Shown: positions 27,412 through 43,755 of the stretch, piece by piece | Position numbering within the stretch: position 1 is the stretch's first letter | How the letters are laid out: each line of letters begins with the position of its first letter | DNA from: the human T2T-CHM13v2.0 reference genome, Homo sapiens | Length of the DNA: 64,000 bases | Reading direction: 5' to 3' (one strand) | Assembly (NCBI RefSeq): GCF_009914755.1 | Contig: NC_060926.1 | The notes under the pieces: generated by a model | The model's input: only the letters and a program-made list of their open reading frames with translations | What the model was told of the DNA's origin: nothing | Databases searched by the model: none | Position numbers and translations under genes: made by a program

Positions 27412-30400
27412 GTGACTTTAGATTTACTCTTCACTATGTAAGGATCATTCAGCTGGTTCAAGGAATTAATGCATATAGTCACCAAAGGCTGTTAAAGTTA
27501 TATACTTTTATTTATTTTAAAACAGTATTTTTCATTTAAAAAATGGTATCTTTAATTGCAGATTAAAGTTCCAACATCTTTTCTCTCTTACTAATCAAAT
27601 ATGATTGATAATGAAAAAAAATCAAAGAAAAAATGCCAAAAAAAAAGTGATCCCTGACTTGTGGGCAGTTGCGGTGGATGGAGCTGAGAGAGCAGCAGGG
27701 CGCTCTGGTTTCTGCTGGTGCCCCCTCAGTCCTCACGTGGCATTCCCTGCAGCGCGATGAAGTGTAACCTTAACACCCATGTAGGGCAGAGGGTAATTGT
27801 CCACCTGTAAAAGTAACCAAATAGATCAGGAAAAACTCCCCACACCCTGTGCAGGACGGTCAGCAGCTTCTCTGTTTTCCAGTTCATATTATGTTGTGCC
27901 TCCACTTTCTATCTCCAGCTGGTTCCCCATACACTGTAGTTTATGAAGACGATTTTTTTTAACCAGGCCAGAAAAATGGGAATGAATTTAGAGAAGCTTG
28001 CTTTTCCAGAAACTTGACACCCATGCATGCCCAGAAACCCAGTCGACCACAAAAGGCAGCGAGCGACCTCTCTTCATTATCTCTCCAGGACTCCCAGACC
28101 TTACCCCGGGCTTTTTCTCATTCAGTATCAGCTCAGAGTCTGGGTCCTAGGAATCACAGAAGCAGTTAGCAATGAATGGCAAATGCTAGACTCAACACTT
28201 TACATCCTAAAATGTAAGACCATCATGAGCACTGCAGGCTCCCTGGGGCAGGCATCACCTGTGTGTCACCCCTGTAAGTGAATCCACGCTTCTCCAAGTG
28301 CAGTGTGTTCACTTGTCTCTTCTAAAATAAATGAGGTGGCTGTTGTGGCATAGCTCCTGGTGGCCTTCAGTAGGGAGTCTGAAGTCACCAAACGCCAGCT
28401 CATGGGTGGTGTAAGCTGTGGCAGCATGACAATAGTCCCTGGGCAGTGTCCTGTCCAGCCTGTGATTATTTGAAAGGCATGTTTGCCATGTTTGCCACTT
28501 TCCCTCTTTCACATTGAGGCGTGCACTTCAACTAAGACCATCTTGTTTGCTTTATTTGAAAGCAAGAGAGCAGAGTCCACAGCCTCATTCAGTTCCCATT
28601 ACACAGCTTCCTGGTCCTGCTCCTGGTAACGTGGTTCCAATGCCTGTAGTGGTGACTTACGTGCACTCCCACTTCCACAGCAGGGCTAGTGGCTAGGCAG
28701 AGCCCATGCACAGAGGAAGGCCCTCTGACTGCAGACAGCACCCCTCCCTCTCCCAGGGCTCAAGGATGCTTCTGTGGCACCCTCCAGGGACGCCTCCCAG
28801 GACCCTGCCCCATAGCACAGAGAAGCTGCGGCCAGGCCGAGGAGCCCCTCCCAGGGGGCCTCAAGGACACCACGGCCTGATCCTTGATTGTCACCACACC
28901 TTTCTGCCCATGTGGGCTTGGCCCGTGGGCTGAGAGAAATGAGACCAAAGGGAGCGAGATAAGGTTCTTTGTTTCTCTCCTCCAGGGTCTGGGTGAAAAT
29001 CAGTATGCCGCCTGTGCACTTGGAGAGCTAGCAAAAGGACACCATGAGATTAGCCTAGGTGGTGGGTTGGTTTTGGCTTTTTAAACTTAAAGTATTTGAG
29101 AAAAGAAACTCAGTTGCTCTCCCTTTATGCTGAATTTTAATGTCACTAAGGCCTTTTACTCATGAAATCAGGCCAAATACGTATGCAAAATCTTACTTGC
29201 TTTAGTGAGAAATAGGCAGGATGAAACAAAGATGGGAGATGATTCAAGAAAGGGGTCATTGACATTTAGTGATGGTTTTTAGTTGCTTATACTGTAGTAG
29301 TGCTGAGGCATTGTTGATGTCAGCCAGCTCTAGGTGTTCAGATTAAATCAGCTTTCTGAAGTTAGGGAAACCACAATCAGGAGTGGTTCTCTTTGGATGG
29401 TCTTATAAAATTGTTGTATAAGTTTTTTCAACTAGTGTGACAGTCACTATTTACGCCTATGGCTTGATTCCAGCAGAGATTTTAACACAATGACCTGTTT
29501 TCCCTCCACAAAGTGACAGGAGTAGCAGCCACCCCATGCTCAGCCATAGAATCACTAAGATACTGATGCCTGCAGATGAGTTCTCAAGTGGAAGACCCCA
29601 CTGGAACCGGAAAACTAGAGGATTCCCTAAAATTATCTGTCACTTGGGGTTTCCATTTTAATTTTCATTTCAAAAATGGATGCCCTTGAAAAGAAATAAT
29701 TTATTGATATAATAAAAGTAATCATGGAGCTTTGAAATAATTAAGTCCCTCTTGCTAAAATCTAAGACCACCTCAACATGTACCATTGGTTCCTAAAAAG
29801 TATGCAGCCGACGTGATCAGTGGAGGTGTCCTGCCTTAGGGCAGCAGCTTGGCCTCTGCAGCAGGAAACCCCAGTTAGCACAGGCTGTCCTCGCCACCTC
29901 TGCATGCCTCGCCCCGGGCCCTCTTGCCAGCTCGTCCGCACAGGCAGGTGGTGGGATAACAGTGTCGGCATGTGGATCAGCCACATCAGCCGGATATTGC
30001 AAATTCAAACATCTGGGGGAAAGTAAATACAATTTGATTTGAAAACTACGTTGAAATGAAAGTATAATCTTTATTAGAATTTCACATCTGATGTGTTCAG
30101 CCAGCTAAACTAGGCATTAACTCCTTTAACATGTAAATAAAAGATAATGTCAAAGTTCACAAATTATTCTGCCTCGCTCCTCACGGCAGTTTAGCATTTA
30201 TTAGTGACAGGTGGTTTTTAAGCAGTTTGTACATTTCTATATAAATGGAGAAGCCATATCTGAAGTAGTTCATTAATGTAAGAGTTTCCAAAGATTAAAG
30301 GAGATTAACTGTGTATAGGAACCTATAGCTTCTGCTTTAAGTGGAAGTACGTTTTTGATTACTGAATGAATGTTAGGCAAACACGATTGTTACTTACTCC

Positions 30401-31785
30401 AGGGGGCCTCCTGTGGCCTAGGTGTTCAGCTCAGATGACACACATCTAGCTGAGGCCTTGAGGCTCCGTGACAAGAAAGCATATCCAAGTTACCAAATTA
30501 GTTACAACAACCAGGTGGATACTTTTCTAAACTATCGGAGCTTAGCTTTTGAATAAAAAATACTGTCTTACCAAAAGTATTTTACATGTTCTTCATAATG
30601 AGACTGTCATTTTCACTTTAAAAGGCTTGAGCAATTGCCACTGATGTTTTTTTTTTTTAAATGCGTGACATAATGGTCTTCATACAATTTGAATTTTTTA
30701 AAAAATCACTGTTTCTTGGTAACTGCAAATTTTACATCTCATAAGGGGAATTTTGTACTAAATTTGATAACTAGTTGATTTCACTGCTAGTCTTAGAACA
30801 GCATAAAACCATCAAGTTATACTGTGCTGTGGGAAGTCATTTATGTTTAAAATCGCTTTTGCTGGTTAGTTTTATGTCTACACCTGAACATTTCCCAGAG
30901 AACTCCCCGGACGCGCTCACTGAGTAGGTGAGGCCCCCTGGCTGCTCATCCTCCCATGCAGTGTTTGCTTTTGCCCCCTGGATTGCCATGGCAACCCTCC
31001 ATCAGATGCAGCTGAGGATGACGCTGGTAGTGAGTTCTCTAGGGAAGGGCACCTGTGGGCTCTCACTGGCTCAGTGGCACCTGTGCAAGAGGGAACACAT
31101 GGGGGCAGCCCACCTGTGGAAGGGTGGCTGGCTGCTACCAGAACTTGGTGAGATCCCTCCCTCATAACATTCCAGCCCTGATTGCCAGGCTGCTCTGCAG
31201 ACAGTGCATGAACCCATTGGATTACCTGGCACCCAGAACAACTGTCCTCCAGGAGACAGCAGACCAGAACGCCTTCCTAGCCAGCTGGCTTTGCTACATG
31301 TTGAATTCTGCAAGGAAAGTCAGCATTTTGAATTTGATGTGATTACAGCTCTTGCTAATACAGAAAAGTCCGGCTCTTTAAAGCTCTGAAGTGCAACTTT
31401 AGTAAGAGTAGTAATATTTCTTTTTCCACTTCATTTGCTATGTGAGGGAATCTTTGAACCACAAGTTATGATAGAACCCCAAAAGACATGAGCTACATGA
31501 AACCATTCACTTGGAAAAAGTTTGCTTCCACTTAGATACAGTGCTGCTTTTAGGAACGCACAACTCACAGCCCCACGCAGCATGTGTCCATCTCTGTGCT
31601 TCTTAATTGCCTTGTTCAGAAACCTGCCATCTTACATATGTATTTGTTGTAAATGAGTCCGGCACCCATTTAAATTAATCTTTTTTTTAATGTTATGAAA
31701 ATGATCAGTTCATTTCATCTTAGTTTAAGTCTTTTCTTTTTTCCTTTTTTACTGCCGTCATTTCTTGTGCTTGTTTTTTCCCCAG

Positions 31786-31918
31786 TGAGGGTTGTCGAAG
31801 AGAAAATACAATGAAGAATGTTGGAAGTCGCAAATATGCATTTAATTCCCTGCAGCTGAAGGCTTTCCCCAAGCATTACAGGCCTCCCGAAGGGACTTAC
31901 GGAAAAGTTGAAACGTGA
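31786..31918 (+). CDS. INPP4A: INPP4A alpha-isoform last coding exon ([44 protein letters not shown])
   Basis: ttttccccag acceptor, phase 2, TGA at 31916..31918. Confidence 0.96.
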
Positions 31919-34900
31919 ACACACGGTTTCCTCTAATTAGCTGTTACATAATAAATGTGGGTACCCTCTAGTGTCATATATGAATTCTTCAAGAAGACCT
32001 GAAGGATTGGTTTTTATTTTTTGTGGTTTTTTTAAAAAAAACATTTCACTAAAGAGTCTCTGGAGCATGTTTTTTGTTTTTTGGGTTTTTTTCCCCATTG
32101 GAATCAATAGGAGGTAATGTTTGGCTCAATAGTGTGGATAGTAACAACTGCCTATTTAAATTAAATAGCCTTTGGCTGTAACTACACAGATCTCATCAAT
32201 AGTTACCTACATGAATCAAGCTAGGTTTGTCTGAAATGCTAGAAGACTTTTTCAAATGCCTGCTTGCTCACTTATTTTTCTACAGAGTAACTCAAAAGTA
32301 ACCATTGAATTACAATCCACTTTGTAAAAATCTGAATGTAAAACAGTAAATAATAAATTAAATAATTGGATCCTAGGCATACCAATAAATGTTATTTGGG
32401 GAAAGAAGCTAGCACTATCTCATGCAGTGAGAATAACGGGTTCTAGTGAATTATCCTATCTACACTACCACCTGAAGAAGTTGAAAGAAAGATTGATAAA
32501 TCAACGGGAGATAAGACTTTATTAGAAGGTAACACCTGCAAGGTACCCCACATAGTTGGGGCCACTCTTTTTTCTGTCCCTTATGAGTTACAGAACAGGG
32601 AGTCTGCTGGAGACACAAAGCCAGCAGTAAGGTCCCTTTAGCCTGTCTCCTGTTCTCTGAAGCTCCCTGCCGAGGCTCCCTCACGCCCAGAGGACACATC
32701 TCCCCTTCTTCTCTAGATGTTAATGTAGGGCCTCAGATGTGGCATGTCAACACTCCCATGGGGAATTTATGACCATAGAGATAGTAGAAACCTAAATATT
32801 TTCAGAAAAAAAATTTTTTTTGCAGGATTTCCAATTTATCTTTGAAAAGACAGTACAATCATGTTTGAATGTCTGATGAAAGTGTCTTATTTTTAGGTTT
32901 GCAATAATTGTTACTTTCTTATTCTCATTCTTATGTAAGATGACTATTGAGAAACAGTTGAAATTTATTCTCCTCAAATGAGATTTTGAAAGGGATTTAT
33001 GGGCCATAAAACTTAGGAATTTCATAGAAAATTTTGTCTGGTCATCTTTTATAAGATGATGATGAGTCTTATCTGCACATAGCAGAGTTTGTTTCTTAGG
33101 AGTTTATATGTTTTATTGATTCTGTTTACGATGTTTACATGTTCTTGAAAAGGTTGTAAAAGAAATACATATGGCACATATTAATGATGCTGATCCTAAT
33201 GATTTGTGAACCTCTTAGAAATTCTTTTGTCTAAAAGCCTAGAGATTCTTCTGGTTCCTTTAGAAACATGTAACAAACTTGGGCCAGGGGTGCTGAGGCA
33301 TGGGGAGGACTGCTTATTGGCAGGAACACAGAGGGGGTGGGCATCAGGTAGGGTGGAACTGGATGACCTTCCAGACCCCCTCCTACTCAGAAGTCAGCAT
33401 GCAAGCAGCGCCTGCTGTCTCCCGATGCCTGCAGGGAGGAAAATGTCTGTGAAGGACACTTTAATGAAGGACGAAGCTCTCTGCTGCTCCCTCAAAGCTG
33501 AGTTCACTGTGGCAGGCAGGAAGCAGAGAAGCTCCTGCCCGCCAAACCCACTGCACAGGTGGCTGCTGCTGGTATCAGATTCTCCTTTTTAAGTGTCAAT
33601 TTCTGTTCACAGACAGTTTGTTTTCAATATGGCTGATTTACCCTTTCACCTCTCCACCATCTCATTTAATTTGTAAATTTTTAGTTCTGTCTTTTCTCAT
33701 TTTAACTTTTAAAAAATCTCCTTGCTTTTTAAAAATAAATATTACCCACATAGTTTTCAGATCTTTTTTGTCTGGAGAGCATTAAATATCTGCACTCATC
33801 AAAGGGAACATAGCAAATGTTGATCATCTGTCAGCAGTTTTGCATGTGACACCTTTATATGAATTATTTTCCCAATTTTTGCTCTATGTAATGGGTCACC
33901 ATAAAACTGTAAGACTTGGCAAATGCTATAGAAAAGGTTCAGGTTTCAGTATTCTCTCTGAAGGCATCATTCCTGGGCTTCCGGCAGCATCACACGCTTC
34001 CAGTGCCTGCAGGGTGAGGGTGTGTGGCACAGAGGCAAGCAGCTCCTCTCTTCTGTAGGAGCTTTGGGTTTTCAGAGGTGCAGGGAAGGCAGTTTTACAG
34101 GTTACCGTAAAACAGAGGTTCCGTCCAGTGTTCCTTATGATGCCTCCCCATTTAAAAAGAAAAGAGATCTATGGAAAACTGGGAATGTAATGTGGATTCT
34201 GTCAGAGCTCCTACAGAGCACAGTTGCCTTTAGTTTCCTTTAAAGATGTAAAAATATTGTATAATACAGTTTTGTCCCTACACAATTGTATTTGCCAAGC
34301 TTAGTGCATTATGATACCTTTATTTATTTGTTTTGGGCAGTATTACTATATATATATAAACATACAGTTACTGTTTTATATATTCTTAGGTCATTCAAAG
34401 CCATGTATGCTGTAAATGTGCTAGTCTTTAGAATGACACATAATAAATAACTGACAAGATATTAAATGTGGTCTTGCCTGATTCATCCTATTAGGAGGAC
34501 TAGTTCTATGTGACCAGCCTGTGACTGGACCATTGTTCTTGGGCATTGCATTGAGTGCTCGGGTGCTGAATACATGTTTGTAAACATGGGACCATGGGAG
34601 ACTTCCATTTTATAAGCTTGTTTCTGCCTAATTTGAAGCAGAGGGGCAACAGCGTTGAGGTTAAGAGCACGGACTTTGGGAGCACACAGACCAGGTCCCA
34701 ATCCTGGTTCTGCCCCTGACTGGCTGGTGACTCTGAGCAAGTTGCTTGACCTCTCCAAGCCTCCGTTTCCTCATGTGCAAAGTGTGGACAACAACAGTAC
34801 CTTCCTCATAAGGAACGTGCGACGCGCCTCAGAAGTACGTGTTCATAAATGGTAGCCATTGTTGTTACCTTCCCGTCTGTGAACATGGATCACATCATCT

Positions 34901-37900
34901 CTGTGGGTAACCCAGTCCTCGTTGTATGACTTGTCAAAATGCAGTTCCACTTGTATTAATATTGACCCTGTTCATCGTCACCAGGACTGCATCTTGCACC
35001 ACTGTGCCGTCTTCTAGGCACACACGACCCGTTATCTCCCTTGGAAAAATTCCTCTCACTGGAAATGTACAATTAAAGGATGATTGAAATGTTTAACTCT
35101 TGGAGTTTTTAGTATTACCAAACTCCTAGAAATTTAAGCTACCACCAAAAATAACATGTGCCTTTTCCCTTTATTCTCATTGATGGTAGCAGTGCACCTC
35201 GTTTCAGTGTCCTGATTCCTTGATTACTGTGAACACTGAACATCTTTTATACCTTTATGATATTTCTATGTTTGTGACTTCATTGGAATGTTGATCTATT
35301 TCATATAGATTGTTTTTAATATACAATGTATTAGCCCCTGTCATATGTTGCACACTTTTTAACCTATTTGTCAGCTGTCTTTTGGTCTGTGGTAGGAGTT
35401 ATACAGTATTTTAAATGGTTTATGTAGTCACATATACCTGTCTTTCATTTTGATGCTTGTTCTGAAATGGAGTCCTGGCTTCACCATGGAAGGTGGGACA
35501 TATGGGACAGCCATGTCCTTGTGGGCATGGTGGTGTGGCTGCGTGCCCACGACGAGGGGCTGGACTAAAGTGCTCACTGGCACCTTGCTTGGTGCATGGG
35601 CCATGCTCAGTTTAATATTATTAACAGTTTCTACCTTCACTCTCATGTCTCAGGATTATTTTTTCAGCATTTACCTGTTCTTATTTCTAGGATGTTTATG
35701 GTTTCAGTCCTACATTTAGATCAATCCATCTGGAATCATCTTGGTGTAAGTCCTGTGTTGTGCTTACAGTATGTAAAGTCAGAGGGAATCCCTCAAGGTC
35801 AGGCCTAATTTTGCTTCTCTTTAAAGTTAAGCCAAGAAGAAGACATGTCAGGACGCCCAGACATCAGCTACCGTGAGCTTCTTCCTGCCCTCCCTCCGCA
35901 TGCCATTCTGGTGCTGCGCTTCAGTTTCCTGTTGAGTCTCTGCTTAGTAGATGACTTGGCACAATCTGGCTGCCCAGATCTAGGGGAGTTGTCCCAGGGA
36001 GGCTTTGCGCTGGAGGAAGGTAAGAGGAGCTGGAGGTTGGAGCTTCCCGATTTGTGATTTTTCCAAGAACAGAAATGATTAGCCATGTGGGGAGGTTACT
36101 TCATTGTACATTGTTCTACTGCATAACCTCCCTCTATTCTTTACCAGCATCACACAGCAGGTTGGCACCATTTTTGAATAGAGGTTTCTCACAGTATCCT
36201 CAGCAGCATTGAGTGTTCCTAATGTTGTAGTAATGAGCAGTAGATGTCTCTCAGTGGGCAGTGTGACCTCTTTGGTCACTCTAAAGGGCTGCCAGCATTT
36301 CTCTTAAGCTGGGGGGAGAAGAGCTGTTCTGTGTATAGGGGTATTGGGAACACATGGACAGAAGGAACTGGCCTCACATGCCATCGTGTTCCTGGGATGG
36401 CTCTTCCAAGACCAGCAGTTCCTCCTGGCAGGCAGGCCCTCACAGAACTCTGCATTTGGAGATGGACAAACTCTCTTCTTCTTATCACTTTCTCCCCAAA
36501 ATGTCCTCTTCTACCAGCCCCTCTTAAGAGCCGATTTTCTGTAAGTTATAGTGAGGGCACTGCTCTGCTGTGCACAGAAGGAACCCCAGCCCAGAAGCAC
36601 ACGCTCCCTGTGGAACCTGCAGGGGTGGCAGTGATGACAGAACCAAGGGGGTCAAGGAAGATTGGAGAGGAGTGGGCAGCAGGAAACAGCTCAGGCTGCC
36701 TGACCTGGCCCCCGGCTGCCCATGAGGGCCTCCAGAGAGGGGCAGAGCTGGCTTATCGGGATCCATGATGGTTTTTACACTTTTAAAAGTGCCCTCTTCT
36801 CAGAGACCCTGGTTATTTCCAAAAGTAGGAAGTAATCAAATTTACAGTGGATAAAATCCAGTATTTGAAATCAGGAAGACAGAAAAAAAAGCAAAATAGC
36901 ATCCTTTTCTGAGAGGTATATGCTGACCAAAAAGATCTTTCATTCCTGTGAACACCAAGCAGCGCGGCCTCTGGCAGAGAGAGCGCTGGGTTGTACAGAT
37001 GGAAACTTGTGTTTAGCAGGCTGTCTGCTCCCAATAGTGGCCCTGGCTGCAACTGACCTCCTGATGCCCTGCTGACGCTAACTGTGGGTACCAACCAGCA
37101 CCGTGGACATCGGCCCCAGGATCAGTCTACGATTTGTCTGGTGGCCAAATGATGACTTTTAAGTGGGAAAAGCTGGTGGGGGCTACACCGTGCTCTGCAG
37201 TGTAGTGGGATCCTGTGAGCTGGCCTGCACAGGCACTCCCTCCCCTGCCAGGGGCCCCAGGGAGGCTTCTCCAGCCTGAGGCTGCACCCTCCATACGATT
37301 CCACCCCCCATCCTGTGCCAACAGTAGGCAAACGGAGAGTAGCTTGGTCTTGTTTTTATTAGCTGTTGCCCTCCAGGCTACGACAGGGTTCCCAGGGTGT
37401 AGCCTGAAAACACCCATACTCTAGATTCCCTCCACTGGAACCCTGTCTTTGCCATGATTTCTTCCTGCATCAGGCCCCTGTGGGCCTTGCAGGCCAGTCC
37501 AGGCAGGTCTTTCACACTGTTGTCCCACATAACAGAAAAAGCTGAGCAGACAGGGTAGGAAACACACTTGCATCTCCATGGCTCCAAAGAGGATGCCTGT
37601 GTTAGATGGATGTAGACAGACACAGCACTTCACTGCTTCCTCCTCCTCGCCACCCAGCCCTCCCTCGGTGTCTGTGGCCTGACTCTCTCCTGGTGGTCCT
37701 ACGTCTCTGACCATCCCTCCTCACTCTCAAATTTTATGTTGCCCACCACCTGCCACTAATGGCGTGGTGTTCTCCTGGGTTCCCTTTCTCACTTAAGATG
37801 ATCTTCCTGAAAAATCTTACACATTCCTGTTGAACAAATGGTCACTTATATGGTAGTGACTCCTAAATTTCTAGGTCCATCCCAGACTCTCCCCCAAGGT

Positions 37901-38720
37901 CCAGATTACCTATACATCTAAGCACCATGCCTGTCTTGCAGGCATCTCAAATACAGCATGCTCATGCCTCTCCTCCTCCAAGCTGGCTGAGTCTCCCTCT
38001 AATAGACGACCTTGGGATCATTTTCTCCTCCACATCCCATCAATCAGCCACTGAACCTGTATCTCTTGAGAACCATCCCATAATTTCCATCCATGCACCC
38101 CAAGGCCTGGTCTGTATCAGTCCCGGTCTGTATCAGTCCCCTCGGATCTGGACCTCTCCTGAGCATCCTCACCCCTCCTGCAAGGCTAGTCTCAGGTCTG
38201 CCTTCCTCTATGGTGATTTCTCCCCACAAATGAAGTTGGCCCTTTCAAAAAAACTTCCTCTCCTTCATTGTTGACTATGAAGATTCTTTCATGCATGTCC
38301 TGTCCACTGTCAGTCCCCTCTGTATTCACAAGAGCAAGTGTAATGCCCGCTGTGAAGGAGCTAAAGTTTGTTGAATAAACACATGAACAAATGGTGGTTT
38401 TGTGGTGTTCAACTGAAATATTTCCTATTTCAGCACTGGACCACGCTGTTTTTCTCACTACATAATCGGTTACGCTAAATGCATCACGAGCCAAATTCAA
38501 AAGGTCAAAGGAGAAGGCAAATGGCAGAGTGTGGTAAAGGGGCGAGTGAGAGGGTCTCTGAAAAAAGTCAGGCTAAAATTACAGGGGGTTCAGGCAATGT
38601 TATCTTGATCTGGATGGCCAGTTACATGACAGATTACTTTGTTCTTAACATACGAACATCCTATTCACTTTTTGGTATACTGGTTGTTTAACAGTAAAAA
38701 TTAAATGTTTAAAACCCACC
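31919..38720 (+). other. INPP4A: INPP4A 3' UTR with multiple candidate poly(A) signals (AATAAA 31950, 32352, 32384, 33734, 34442, 38374; ATTAAA 38700); distal end uncertain
   Basis: Follows the stop codon, AU-rich blocks, hexamers read directly; extent inferred. Confidence 0.5.
34655..34860 (+). mobile_element. MIR SINE in INPP4A 3' UTR region
   Basis: ggttaagagcacggactttgg...gcaagttgcttgacctctc..gcctccgtttcctcat MIR core. Confidence 0.75.
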
Positions 38721-38723
38721 ATT

Positions 38724-40018
<1,295 letters not shown>

Positions 40019-40551
40019 TAGTCACCAACTACATTCAAACCATGAGAGGGTAGCTGCAGATTTAAATTCTCTGAAGTAAAGTTGAATCATTATCTCTGTA
40101 TTAAATAGGTTGACTTCTGAGTGATGAACCTTACTTCTTCCAAGGAGCTTTCCCACGTCCCTGCTACTACATAACAAGGTTTATTTAATATGTCTTTTCT
40201 TAATTTTCCCATAGCACATTTTAATATTTTTATCAGGGATATGTAATAATACCATTCCATAATTAAAATAGAATATGAGATATAAAAGGTAAAACAATAA
40301 TGATGGTGTAAGTATTATAGAAAACATAATACATGTACTATCTTTGAAAAATTTTAGAGCTGTAGTTTGCACGATAGAAAATATATATCAACATTTCATC
40401 ACATCAGAAATATATGCAATGTTAGATCTATTACATTGTGACATTTTAGGAAAAAAAGAACTGGGATTTTACTTTTGTATTCCTAAGATTGTGGCCAGAT
40501 TTTGAATGACTAATATTTATAGAATTGAATTAAATGTATTTCTAAAAGTTT
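40019..40551 (+). other. Probable L1 3' transduced sequence
   Basis: Lies between the L1 poly(A) and a second A-tract; ATTAAA at 40529; TSD copy at 40561..40573. Confidence 0.75.
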
Positions 40552-40573
40552 AAAAAAAAAACAACCCACCATT

Positions 40574-42310
40574 GTTGAACAATCTCCAAAGGAAATTAAG
40601 GAAACAGTTCTATGTACAGTAGCATCATAAAGAAAATACTCAGGAATAAACAACCAAAGAGGCAAAAGTCTTGTATATTGAAAACTACAAAATTTTGCTG
40701 CAAAGAAATTAAGAATGCCAAAAAATGGAAAGACATCTTGCGCACATGGATTGAAAGACCTAATATTGTTAAGATGACAGTACTATCAAAAGTGAGCTAC
40801 AGATTCAATGTACCCCCCCCCCATCAAATTCCCAACTGATTTTTTTGTGTGTGGAAATAGAAAAATCCATCCTAAGATTTACATCGAATCTCAAGGAACC
40901 CCAGGTAGCCAAAACAATCTTGAAAAAGAACAAAGCTGGAGGTTGCATACTTCCTGATTTCAAAGCTTATTATTACAGAGCTACAGTAATCAAAATAATG
41001 TGGCACTGGCATAAATATGTACAGACAGAAGTGCAGAATAGAATAGCATGCCCAGAAATAAACCCTGGCATATATGGTCAAATGATTTTCCACAGGATGC
41101 CAAGACCATTCAATGGGGAAAGAACATCTTTTCAACAAATGGTGTTGGGAAAACCAGCTATCCTTAGGCAAAAAAGCTGGACACTCACACCATATACAAA
41201 AGTTAACTCAAAATAGATCAAAGACATAATTTAAAAGCTAAAACTCTAACTCCTAGAAGAAAACACAGGAGAAACTTCATTGGAGTCAGCGGTGACTTGG
41301 GTATGACACCAAAAGCACAGGCAACAAAAGTAAAAACAAACTAGACTACACCAAAATGCAAAACCCCTGTGCATTTAAAAAAAAAAAAAAAGGCAGCCTA
41401 CAGAATGGGAGAAAATATTTGCAAATCATGCATCTGATAAGAGGTTAACATCTAGAATATACAAGGAACTTCAACAATAAAAGAGCAAACAACCTATTTT
41501 TTTAATACCCATCTACCACCTTAACCATTTTAAGGGATTTAACCCATTTGAATGATTTAACTCATTCAAAATGACTTGAGACATCTCTCCAAAGAGATAT
41601 ACAAATGGCCAACAAGTACATGAAATTATGTTCACCACTAATCATTAGGAAGATGCAAATTAAAACCACACTGAGATACTTCACACCTATTAGGATGGCC
41701 ACTATTTAAAAAAAAATAAAAAATAACAAGTATAGGCAAGAATGTGGAAAAGTTGAAATCCTCGTGTGCTGTTACTGTAGACTAGTATGGCTGCTGTGGA
41801 AAACAGTACGGCTGATCCTGAAAAAATTAGAATAACTGTGTGCTCCAGCAATTCCACTTATGGGTATATACCCACAAGAACTGAAAGCAGGGTCACAGAG
41901 GTATCTGTATACCCATATTCACAGCAGCATTATTCACAGTTACCCAAAGGCACAAGCAACCCAAGTGTCCACTGACAGATAGGTAAACAAAATGTGCTAT
42001 ATACATACAACTGAATATTATTTGGCCTTAAAAAAGGAAGGAAATTTTGATACATACTACAACATGGATGAACCTTGAGAACATATGCTAAGTGAAATAT
42101 GCCAGTCAAAGACAAATGTGGTATGATTCCACACGAGGCACTTACTGTAGACATAAAGTAGAATGGTGACTGTCAAGGTGGAGAGTTGGAGGGGTGGTGG
42201 GGGTGAAGGGGAGTTCTGGAGATTGGTTGCATAATTGTGAGTGCACTCAACACTGTTGAACTGTACACTTAAAAATGGTTAAGATAGTAAATTTTATATG
42301 TATCTTACAT
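40574..42310 (+). mobile_element. Old L1M (L1MA/MB-like) ORF2 3' part and 3' UTR
   Basis: Degenerate ORF2 peptides (KKWKDILRTWIERPNIVKM; ILPDFKAYYYRATVIK); L1M-type 3' end cacttaaaaatggttaaga; boundaries approximate. Confidence 0.85.
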
Positions 42311-42379
42311 TTAAAATTTTAAAAATATATTGCAAATAAAAGCCTGAAAAATTATTTTTAAAATGAATCAGACTCACAT

Positions 42380-43690
<1,311 letters not shown>

Positions 43691-43749
43691 AAGCTATTAC
43701 TCAACAAAGATGACAGGGCTTTATAATATACATTTTAGAGTTGTTTACT

Positions 43750-43755
43750 TTTATT
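43750..43755 (-). promoter_or_regulatory. COA5: Candidate distal COA5 poly(A) signal (a proximal candidate lies at 44833..44838)
   Basis: TTTATT on + (AATAAA on -) downstream of the COA5 stop. Confidence 0.5.

Noticed and set aside
38109-38140. 16-bp tandem duplication GGTCTGTATCAGTCCC x2, also (GGGCTAGA)x3 near 7599 and a TG-rich tract near 11050
   Set aside because: Ordinary slippage-type micro-duplications with no functional cue.
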